A stretch of DNA of 64,000 nt from an uncultured Spirochaetota bacterium. Its GTDB lineage: Bacteria; Spirochaetota; Spirochaetia; SZUA-6; Fen-1364. The notes beneath the pieces were generated by a model, which ran no database searches, was not told the origin of the DNA, and saw nothing but the letters and a program-made list of their open reading frames with translations. Made by a program: the position numbers and the translations under genes. Below, piece after piece: positions 30,601 to 39,986 of this stretch. Location: contig CAWJSK010000014.1 in the NCBI GenBank assembly GCA_963845535.1, forward strand, positions 117,834 to 181,833. Reading direction: 5' to 3'. The number at the start of each line of letters is the position of its first letter. Positions within the stretch are counted from its first letter, which is position 1.

Positions 30601-31507
30601 TGGTGGGCGCCGTGATGTTCTTCGGCAGGGTGCTGATGGCGGCAGACACCGCAGTGGCGACCTGGTTGGCATCTGCGTACTTGTCCGTGCTCGGGTCGAA
30701 AAGGAAAAACGTCAGGCCCAGGCCCTGGGAACTTCGGGAGTTGACGTCTGTGATGCCTTCAACCGTCGACACAGCATTCTCGATGACCTGAGTGACCTGC
30801 AGATCCATGACGCCAGGGGTCGCTCCCGGATAGACGGTCTTTACGACGACGGCAGGAATCTGAATGTCGGGCAACTAGTACCGCAGCACGTCCGGCTTGA
30901 GCAGGACAGTGAACTGCTTGGTCGGCGCCCCGTCGAGGAGCACCGTGGCCACGCCGTCCACGCGCTCGATGGCCGGCCCCACGACGTTTGTCACGTAGTC
31001 GCTGATGTCGGCGAGGTTCACTCCTTGACCGAAAAGACCAAACTGGAGCACAGGAGCGGAGTTCGGGTCAAAGGTTTCGATGGTAGGCACCGTGATGTTT
31101 TTCGGCAGGGTGCTGATGGCGGCAGACACAGCAGTGGCCACCTGGTTGGCATCCGCGTACTTGTCCGTGCTCGGGTCGAAAAGAAAAAACGTCAGGCCCA
31201 GGCCCTGGGAACTTCGGGAGTTGACGTCGGTGATGCCTTCAACCGTCGAGACCGCATTCTCGATGACCTGAGTGACCTGCAGATCCATGACGCCGGGAGT
31301 CGCCCCCGGGTAGACGGTCTTTACGACGACGGCAGGAATCTGAATGTCGGGCAACAGGTCGATGCCAAGGCTTCTGAGGGAGATGAGGCCGAAGACCGCC
31401 ACCGCGACGAAAATACCGATGGCTAACACGTAGCGGGTGACCGAAAAACTGACCAGCGGGTTGATCTTGCTGAAAATCTTGGCCTCGTAGTTTCGCAGCG
31501 TGTTCAT
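27617..31507 (-). pseudogene. RND (AcrB/AcrD/AcrF family) efflux permease split by an internal tandem duplication
   Basis: GIVVDDSIVVSEN, KNAIL, RFRPIVMT; in-frame TAG at 30875-30877 at the duplication junction. Confidence 0.8.
30396..31355. repeat. Tandem 480-bp duplication (30396-30875 and 30876-31355), ~92% identical
   Basis: Line-by-line comparison at offset 480; about 39 mismatches counted by eye. Confidence 0.92.
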
Positions 31508-31646
31508 CGTATTCGTCCCTTTTCTGTCACCCGGAAAAGGTACTAATAACGTCCCCTCATGGTGAGATTGGAGTCAACCCTTATGCGACTCTGACCTGTA
31601 AAGGCCAACCCGCGATGAAAGCGGAGGTCGGCACGGGTATGAGGCA

Positions 31647-31787
31647 GTGCTGAGGGATAGAAAGGTTCACACGAAGACCTGGTCACGTCATGACGAGGTG
31701 ACTTCCGACCTGGCCGACCTGCCGCCATCCGGCTTTCTCGAAGGCCTTCACGGCCTCCTTGCCGGATATGTTTGAAAGCAGGCTCAT
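31647..31787 (-). pseudogene. hicA: HicA toxin pseudogene
   Basis: Own translation MSLLSNISGKEAVKAFEKAGWRQVGQVGSHLVMT*PGLRVNLSIPQH; GSH motif; TGA at 31683-31685; truncated. Confidence 0.8.
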
Positions 31788-31863
31788 TGCCAAACTAGCC
31801 TACGTTCATCGCTCAAGCGTTGCACAAGCCATCAAGCGCCTGGAAGCTCGAGGCTATCTCAGG

Positions 31864-33088
31864 CTACGCTCCCGCCTCCAGCCTCTTGATGAGCTCCGGC
31901 ACCACCTGGAACAGGTCTCCCACAATGCCGTAGTGGGCAATATCGAAGATGGGCGCGTTGGGATCAGAGTTGATGGCGATGATCATATCGGAGGCCTTCA
32001 TGCCAGCCAGGTGCTGGATGGCGCCGCTGATGCCGCAGGCGATATAGACGGTGGGCTTCACCGTCTTCCCCGTCTGCCCGACCTGGTGCGAGTACGGAAT
32101 CCAGCCGGCATCCACGGCAGCGCGGGAGGCGCCCACCGCGCCGCCGGTGGCAAGGGCGAGCCTCTCGATGAGTGAGAAGTTCTTCGGGTCCTTGATTCCG
32201 CGGCCGCCGGAGACGATGACGTCCGCCTCCACCAGGTTGACTGTGGCGGTCTTCTCTTCCACGAACTCCAGGAACTCCAGCTTCGAGTGCGGAGACCGGA
32301 ATGTGCTTCAGCTCGATCACTTTTCCCTTCGGGTCGGACACCTTCTCCGCCGGCGTCATCACCTTGTGGCGCACGGTGGCCATCTGCGGCCTGTGGTTCT
32401 GCGTGAGGATGGTGGCCATGATGTTGCCGCCGAACGCGGGCCTTGTCTGCTTCAGGAGCTGGGTTTCCCGGTCGATGCTGAGCTCCGTGCAGTCCGCGGT
32501 GAGGCCGGTCAGGATGCGGGCGGCAACGCGCGGCAGGAGAGACCTCCCCACCACGGTGCCTCCGCCCAGGAACACCTCGGGCTTCTTCTCCAGCAGGATC
32601 TCGGAGACGAGGTCCGCCTGCACGTCCTCATCGAAGTCTCCGATGGCCGGGTTGTCGATCATCCAGATCTCGTCGACCCCGTACGACAGAAGCTCGTCGG
32701 TGAACGCCTGCACGCCGTTTCCCACGAGGATGGCGCTCACCGGTGGATGCGCGCTGCTTTGCCAGCTCCCGGGCGGCACCGATGATCTCAGGCACCACGG
32801 AAGCGATCCTGCCTCTGCCGGTGCTCGGCAAAGATGGCGATCCCCGGAATATGTCGTCACGTCCTGGCCCTTGAAGGTCCTGCGCGTGATGACGATGGCG
32901 TTGTAGCGCTTGCACGCTTCCACGCAGGCGCCGCAGAGCGTGCACTTGCCCAGGTCGATGACGGCCGTGTTGCGGTCTGTCCTTCCCTCGACCAGCGGCC
33001 CTGTCAGAGTGATGGCCTCGTAGGGGCATGCCTTGACGCAGAGCTTGCAGCCTACGCAGTTCTGCGTAATGACGCGGATGGGATCCAT
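31864..33088 (-). CDS. etfA: Electron transfer flavoprotein alpha with N-terminal 2x[4Fe-4S] ferredoxin domain (frameshifted)
   Basis: [54 protein letters not shown]. Confidence 0.88.
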
Positions 33089-33098
33089 GGTGAGTCCT

Positions 33099-33904
33099 CT
33101 ACTTGCCGCTCTTGCGGATGGAGATGCCCGGCCGTGGTGAGCTCGCTGAGAAGCGCGCCCACGGTGACCGCCGGCTCGCCGGTGAACTTCTTGCCGCCGG
33201 AAGGCCGGGCAGGCGTGAAGATCTTCATCACCTGTGTCGGAGACCCGTTCGAGCCCGAGACGCTGGACGTCCGCCTCGATGTCCGCGGCTTTCAGGACCG
33301 GAATCTCGGCTTTCTTTGCCGCGAGCTTCCCTTTGAGCGAGGGGAGGCGGGGGTTGTTGATCTCCTTCACCACCGTCAGCACCACGGGCAGGCGAGCGGC
33401 AAGCCGCGCATAGCCTTCCTCCAGCAGACGCTCCACGACGATGCGGGAGTCCGTGATCTCCTCGATCTTGCGGATGTCCGTGATGTGAGGGATGCCAAGG
33501 TTCTCCGCGACTCCCGGCCCGACCTGGCCGGTGTCCCCGTCGATGGCCTGCCGTCCCATGAGGATGATGTCCGCGCCGCCCAGCTTGCGGACCGCGCAGG
33601 CAAGGGCGTAGGCGGTTGCCAGGGTGTCAGCGCCTGCAAAAGCCCGGTCGGAGACGAGGTACGCGTTGTCAGCGCCCAGGGCTATTGCGTCGCGAAGAGC
33701 GCTCTCCGCCTGGGGCGGGCCCATGGTGATGACGGTGACCGTTCCGCCATGCTTTTCCTTCAGGCGGACGGCTTCCTCCAGGGCGTAGACATCGAAAGGA
33801 TTGATGATGGACTGCACCCCTTCGCGCACCAGGGTGTTGGTTTCCGGGTTGATGCGCACGTTGGTGGTATCAGGCACCTGCTTGATGCAGACAAAGACCT
33901 TCAC
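33099..33904 (-). CDS. etfB: Electron transfer flavoprotein beta (frameshift near 3' end)
   Basis: CIKQVPDT, INPFD, FAGADTLATA, DGDTGQVG. Confidence 0.9.
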
Positions 33905-33914
33905 GGCCGAACCC

Positions 33915-35100
33915 TCACTTCTTTGCGGCGGCTGCGCCCCGGGCGGCGCCCCGCACGCTTTCCTTGATCAGGTTCAAGGCAATCACTTCGCGCTGGATCT
34001 GGTTGGTGCCTTCGTAGATCTGCGTGATCTTGGCATCCCGCATCATCTTCTCAACGGGGTATTCCTTCATGTAGCCGTAGCCGCCGAAGACCTGCACGGC
34101 ATCCGTGGTCACCTTCATGGCGGTGTCGGATGCAAAGACCTTGGCCATGGCGGACATGCGTGAGACGTCCTTGTCCCCCGCGTCGATGCTGCGCGCCGCG
34201 GCATACGTCAGGGCCCGGGCGGCTTCCACCTGCGTGGCCATGTCGGCAAGGAGGAACTGCATCCCCTGGAAGGAGGAGATGGGCTTGCCGAACTGCTGGC
34301 GTTCACGGGAGTACTCGATTGCCTTGTCCAGCGCCCCCTGCGCGATCCCCACCGCCTGCGCCGCAACGCCCGGCCGTGACTGGTCCAGCGTGCGCATGGC
34401 GACAAGGAACCCCATGCCTTCCTTGCCCAGGAGATTGCTCTTGGGAACCCGGCAGTCCTGGAAAACGAGCTCGCGCGTGGCGGACGCCCGGATGCCCATC
34501 TTGTTTTCCTTCTTGCCGAACTCGAACCCGGGGGTCCCTTTCTCCACCAGGATGGCGGAAGACCCGCGCACTCCGCGGGTAGGGTCCGTGAGGGCAATCA
34601 CGGTGTAGATGGAGGCCTCCCCGCCGTTTGTGATCCACTGCTTGGTGCCGTTGATCACGTAGGAATCACCGTCCAGGCGCGCCGTGGTCTTGATCCCCGC
34701 GGCATCGCTTCCCGCGTTGGGCTCCGTGAGCCCGAAAGCGGCAAGGACCTCTCCCGACGGCGAGGCGCGGAAGGTATTTCTTCTTCTGCTCATCGGTCCC
34801 GAACAGGATGATGGGGATGGTGCCCAGAGCCGAGGCGGCGTAGGAAAGGGAAATCCCGCCGCAGGCCCGCGAGAGCTCCTCCACGGCGAGGCACATCTCG
34901 AAGCAGCCCCCGCCGAGGCCTTCGTATTCCGCGGGGATGAACACGCGGTAGAGATCCGCCTTCCCCATGGTCTGCACAACGTCCCAGGGGAACTCCGCTG
35001 ATTCGTCCAGCTCCGCCGCAATGGGGGCGATTTTTTCGCGCGCAATCTGAGCGGCCAGATCACGGATCATGGTCTGCTCTTCGGTGAGGAAATAGTTCAC
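33915..35100 (-). CDS. Acyl-CoA dehydrogenase, butyryl-CoA dehydrogenase-like (frameshift near 34765)
   Basis: [46 protein letters not shown]. Confidence 0.9.
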
Positions 35101-35196
35101 GTGGGGTCTCCTCTTGTCGGACAATCTTTACTGTTTAGGTATGCTTTATTCTGCCCTACGGAGGCAGGGTCGTCAAGAGGGGGGCGGTGAACACGT

Positions 35197-35958
35197 ATGA
35201 CACTTTCCGATCTGGACAGATGGATGCGGGGGTTCCTGGACCTCGCGGCATTCGATGCCATAGATCACAGCCGCAACGGGCTGCAGGTGGCCAGCAGGGC
35301 TTCTGAGGTGACCAAGGTGGCTTTCGCCGTGGACGCATCGCTGGAAAGCTTCAGAAGGGCCATCGAGTGGGGCGCCCAGGTGCTCTTTGTTCACCACGGC
35401 ATCCTGTGGGACAGGCCAGAGCGCGTGGTTGGCGCGTTCTATGAGCGCCTCAGCGCGCTCATCCAGGGCAACCTCGCCCTGTACGCGGCGCATCTGCCCC
35501 TGGATCAGCATCCGGAGGTCGGGAACAACATCGGGATCGCCCGCCATCTGGGTCTCGTGAACATCCAGCCTTTTGGCGCCTACAGGGGAATCAAGATTGG
35601 ATACAAAGGGACCCTTGCGGCCCCCGCGCGCCTGGACGAGGTGGTCTTCCGCCTTTCCGGAAGGCAGGGCGAGCAGATGAGGACCCTCCCCTTCGGTCCG
35701 GAGCTGATCAGTACGGTGGGGATCGTGTCCGGCGGGGCCGCGCGGGATGTTGCCCAGGCGGTGGATGAGGGTCTGGACCTGTACGTCACCGGGGAGCCGC
35801 TGCACGACATCTACCACCATTGCCTCGAGTCACACATCCATGTTATCTTTCCCGGACATTACCAGTCAGAATCTTTCGGGGTCAGATCGCTCAGCGTAAG
35901 GCTTGCCCGGGACACCGGGCTGGATACCACGTATGTCGACGTTCCCACGGGGTTGTAG
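35197..35958 (+). CDS. Nif3-like dinuclear metal centre protein
   Basis: NGLQV, VHHGILW, HLPLDQHPEVGNN, GHYQSE. Confidence 0.9.
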   Translation: MTLSDLDRWMRGFLDLAAFDAIDHSRNGLQVASRASEVTKVAFAVDASLESFRRAIEWGAQVLFVHHGILWDRPERVVGAFYERLSALIQGNLALYAAHLPLDQHPEVGNNIGIARHLGLVNIQPFGAYRGIKIGYKGTLAAPARLDEVVFRLSGRQGEQMRTLPFGPELISTVGIVSGGAARDVAQAVDEGLDLYVTGEPLHDIYHHCLESHIHVIFPGHYQSESFGVRSLSVRLARDTGLDTTYVDVPTGL

Positions 35959-36497
35959 ATGCTGTTGAACGTGCAGAAAAGAGACATGAAGCCTCGCCTC
36001 GTTTCGCTGGTCCTCACGGCGGGGATCATCATCCTGGACCAGGCGACGAAGCTCATCGTCTCACTCTCCATCCCCCGGGGACGGAGCGTGACGGTGATCG
36101 ATGACTTTTTCCGCATCATCCACGTGCAGAACCCTGCAATCGCGTTCAGCATCGGCCGGAACCTCGCTGCAGGGACGCAGAGGACCCTCTTCGGCCTGCT
36201 CCCGCTTCTGGTCATCGTGCTTCTGTTCCTCTACTACCTGTTCACCAGGGAGCAGCTCACCGGCTTTCAGAGATGGACGTTCGCCGCGCTTTTGGGCGGC
36301 GGGCTGGGAAACTACGTGGATCGGATCTTCCGCCCGGCCGGCGTGGTGGACTTCCTGGATTTCCGCTTCTACGGAATCCTGGGGATGGAGAGATGGCCCA
36401 CTTTCAACCTTGCGGATGCCACCGTGGTGGTGTCCGGGCATCCTCCTCTTCATCTCTTTCCTCATTCCGTCGCGGTCCGCGGGAGGAAGCGAAATGA
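35959..36497 (+). CDS. lspA: Lipoprotein signal peptidase II (3' frameshifts)
   Basis: LDQATK, NPAIAFS, GGGLGNYVDR, VVDFL, FNLAD. Confidence 0.88.
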
Positions 36498-36760
36498 CCT
36501 CCGGCTCGAAGATGGTGCTCTTCTTCCTTGCCGCCACGGTCTTCAACCTGGCCGTCATGGCCGCGCTCATCGTGATCTTCTTTCTCCTTGCAGCCCTTGT
36601 GCCCGTCAATGCGCTGCGGATCGCCCTCGTCTTCATCGGGCTGATCGCCTCCATCGTGCTCACCTTCATGATTTACGCATGGGTCATGAAGAAAGTGTCG
36701 ACGCGGTTCGAGCTGGAGAAACACATACCCCAGCTCTTCAAGGGCAAGAGAAAGGGCTGA
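36494..36760 (+). CDS. Small membrane protein
   Basis: GGAGG RBS, 2 hydrophobic segments, operonic position. Confidence 0.65.
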   Translation: MTSGSKMVLFFLAATVFNLAVMAALIVIFFLLAALVPVNALRIALVFIGLIASIVLTFMIYAWVMKKVSTRFELEKHIPQLFKGKRKG

Positions 36761-36778
36761 AAGACTTTCGGAGGAAAC

Positions 36779-37295
36779 ATGGACTTCAGGGACGTCATCT
36801 GCGGGAGGGAAAGCGTTCGCAGCTATGACCCGACCAGGCCGGTGGACAAGCTCGTCCTGGAGCGGATCCTGGAGGCGGGCCGCGTGGCCCCGTCTGCGGC
36901 CAACAAGCAGCCCTGGCGGTTTCTCCTCGTCTCCTCCCGTGAGAATCTCCTGAAGCTGAAGAAATGCTACTCTCGAACCGTGGTTCCAGGACGCGCCGCA
37001 CGTGCTCGTGGTTGTCGGCAAGGTCGGGGACGCCTGGACCCGGCAGGACGGCTACAACTCCATCGAGACCGACGTTGCAATCGCCATGGATCACCTTATC
37101 CTTGCCGCGGAGAACGAGGGCGTCGGGACCTGCTGGATTGCCGCCTATGACCCCACCGTCCTGCGCTCCGCCCTCGGCCTGACGGCGGACGAGCGCGTGT
37201 ACACCATACCCCCCTGGGGTATCCGAGAGCAGGGTACTGCAAGAAAAATACGCAAGGAGAGAAAGACGCTGGCAGAGGTTGTCACGTACCTGTGA
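36779..37295 (+). CDS. Nitroreductase family protein (frameshifted)
   Basis: RESVRSY, APSAANKQPWRF, LAAENEGVGTCWI. Confidence 0.85.
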
Positions 37296-37328
37296 GTCCA
37301 GGCGAGGCCTTTCGGCGGGCAGGCCGGC

Positions 37329-39004
37329 TCAATAGCCGTCTGATTTGGCGATGTTCTGGTCTTTCTTGTACAGGTCGTTGTAGACGAATCCGCGGTTTCG
37401 AAGGTTGTCCTTGATGTGCTGGGGGAACGGCATCATGCGCCAGAAGATCCCGCGCACGTCCTTGTCCAGCTTCTGCATCCCCTGGCTTTCCTTGTTGATC
37501 CACAGCGCGTAGTCCCGGATGAAGTACTCCCGCACGTCCCCGCGCAGCTTGCGCTCGCTGAACCACTGGTAGTACTTGCCCGGTGATGCCCTCTTCCATC
37601 CAGTAGTAGGCCGCCTTCTCCTTGGCCACCTGCCATCGCAGGTCTGCCATGGCGGTAAGGACCGCCAGGGGAACGCTCTTGGTCGGGAAAATGGGGATGG
37701 CAACCCTGCCGCGGCTTGTTGCCCGGTTGAACTTCTCGAAGGGTTCCCAGCAGATCCCCGTGTCTCCGTAACAGGCAAGGAGGATGATATTGGGCACGAT
37801 GCGGGTAGTCTGGCTCTTGTGCGTGCGAAGGAACAGGCCCGGGTCCATGGCCTCGACTTGCGCCATCTCTCGGATGACGTTCTCCCGGGTCCCGATCTCC
37901 CGGATGTTGGCCCTCACGAACTGGGCAAGGAAGATGGGGAAATGGTTTCCCTGCCGCCCCACGCACATCTTTGCCATCTGCCGGATGCAGCCCCACTCAT
38001 CCACCACGGCCTTGGCATCAACCACGCCGGATGCGCTGATCCCTTCAGTCTTGTGGCTGAGGGATTCGAGGTCTTTCTCGATATTGGCAAGGTCCCCGTA
38101 GGAAGTCGCTATCTGCCCATCCAGTCCCGAGAGCTGGCGCAGCGTTTCCTGGATCTGGGCCAGGGCCGCCTTCTGGGCCTGGTTGAAAGGGGCTTTCAGC
38201 CCGCCCAGCTCCTCGAGGCGGTCATGGCGGAGGAGCATGTCGACCTGGGATCGAAGCTGCTCTTCCCGCTCATCCAGCTGGCCGATCTTGGCGCGGAGGA
38301 TTGCTATCTCGCTGTCGCGTTGTCCCTTCCTCTTTTCGACGGCGTCCAGGATCTTCTGCCCCGTGTCCTTTGTCCTCTGCTTCACCTCGTCGATGGCGGA
38401 AGGCCGCACCTGCCCCCTGGCAATCATCTCCAGCCACTCATCCACGTAGTACACCGGCTCACCCGTGGTGTTTCCATGAATGATGCGGGACACAATCTCG
38501 CGGTGCTCGGGGGAAAGGAAGCCCGGGGAAAGGATGCCGCAGCGAAGCAGGAGCCGTTTGGGAGTGATGAGCTCCCTGTTGGCCCGGTAGGCGATAGCCG
38601 ACCCGAGGTCCCAGAACGCGGAGATGAGCTGGGCCCGGAACTTCGACTTCTCCTCAGGGTCCTCGGCCTTCATGTATTTGCCGAGCAGGTCGTGGACCCG
38701 GGTCCCGGTGTCTCCCTTCCCCGGCAAGCACTTTCTTGTAGAAGTCCTTGTCCTGGAAGTAGGGCTTCGGTTCCTCTTCCAGCTTGACGATGATGGGGAA
38801 GCTCTTCTTGGTGGTGTCGATCTGCTCCGCGGGCGGCTTCTCCGCCTGCTGAGTGGACTTCTCTTCGCCGAAAAGGGTATGGAAGTCAGGTCCGCCTTCC
38901 GCGCGCGTCTCCGGCGCGGGCTTCGGGGTCTCTATGTCGAGAAGCTCCGCGAGATCAGGATCGAGCTCATTCTGCGATGTCGACTCTTTTACCTTGTCAT
39001 CCAT
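37329..39004 (-). CDS. Large hypothetical protein with coiled coil (three frameshifted pieces)
   Basis: Continuous coding-like bias over ORFs 38654-39004, 37282-38727 and 37329-37778. Confidence 0.65.
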
Positions 39005-39014
39005 TGGGATTTAG

Positions 39015-39088
39015 TGGAGGCGACGGGAATTGAACCCACGACCTCTTGAATGCCATTCAAGCGCTCTAGCCAACTGAGCTACGCCCCC
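39015..39088 (-). tRNA. tRNA-Ala(GGC)
   Basis: GGGGGCGTAGCTCAGTTGGCTAGAGCG...TGGCA...GGTTCAATTCC...CTCCA; G3:U70 identity pair. Confidence 0.95.
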
Positions 39089-39142
39089 GTTCAGTTGTCA
39101 TCATACGAAGGGGGCTGGCCGCCTGTCAACCCTTACGGTCTT

Positions 39143-39986
39143 CTAGCGGAGGCTGCCGCGCGCCGCCTGCACCCCGTTTCGAAAGATGGCCAGGCCCTGG
39201 CCCTCGTGGACCGTGCGGCTCGCTGCGACCCGGCCCGCTGCCGCCTGACGCGCAGACCGACGCGCCGACCACTGCGGATGGTTCTCAGGATAGAGAAAGG
39301 CCTCCGGGTGCGGCATGAGCCCGAAAACCTGGCCCGTGGGATCGCAGATCCCGGCGATGTGGTTGACCGATCCGTTGGGATCATCGGGGTAGTTCACGGC
39401 TTCATCCGTGTCCTGGGCAGTGTCATTCGGCGCGTAGCGCAGGGCAACCAGGCTTCGGCGCTCCAGCTCCGCAAGCACCTTCGGTGAATCCACCACCAGC
39501 TTCCCTTCCCCATGCCTGACGGGCAGGTCCATCTCGGTGAGCCCTCGAGTCCAGAGGCAATTGCACGCTCCCTGAAAACGCACGTGCACCCAGCGGTCCT
39601 CGAACCTGCCCGAGTCGTTGTGGATCAACGAGACCTCCTGGGAGTGGGTCCCCGAGAGGTCAGGAAGGAATCCCATCTTCACCAGGGCCTGGAAACCGTT
39701 GCAGACCCCGATGACCAGGCCTCCGCGCAGGACGTGTTTCTCCAGGGCCGGGCCGAGACTGCGGCGGAAAAGCGTTGCAAAAACCTTCCCGGAGCCCAGG
39801 TGGTCTCCAAAGGAGAAGCCGCCGGGAAACGCAAGGATCTGGAAGCCCTGGAGGCGGTCCGGGCTGTCCACGAGGTCCCGCGCATGCAGCGCGGCATGCC
39901 CGCGCGCCCGCCATCTGGAACGCCAGGGCGAGCTCCTCGTCTGCGTTTATGCCGAACCCGGTGAGCACGCAGGCTTTCACGCGCAT
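39143..39986 (-). CDS. purQ: FGAM synthase glutaminase subunit (frameshifted)
   Basis: GFGINAD, PGGFSFGD, GVCNGFQ, PNGS, GLMPHPE. Confidence 0.9.

Noticed and set aside
30875..30877. Amber readthrough (pyrrolysine or recoding) in the RND gene
   Set aside because: The TAG is explained by the duplication junction, and TAG is a normal stop in many genes here.
29264..31426. Long antisense ORFs (e.g. 720 aa here, 46260-47798, 37576-38787)
   Set aside because: Shadow ORFs of high-GC genes on the opposite strand with no recognisable motifs.
31543..31700. c-di-GMP-I riboswitch-like GGCCAACCCGC..GAAAGCGG upstream of the RND gene
   Set aside because: It is on the wrong strand for the RND gene, the consensus match is poor, and part of the region is the hicA remnant.
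31759..31892. HTH-like plus-strand reading and imperfect inverted repeat with the etfA 3' end
   Set aside because: Short, with no credible start or RBS, and overlapping hicA and etfA on the other strand; cannot be separated from chance.
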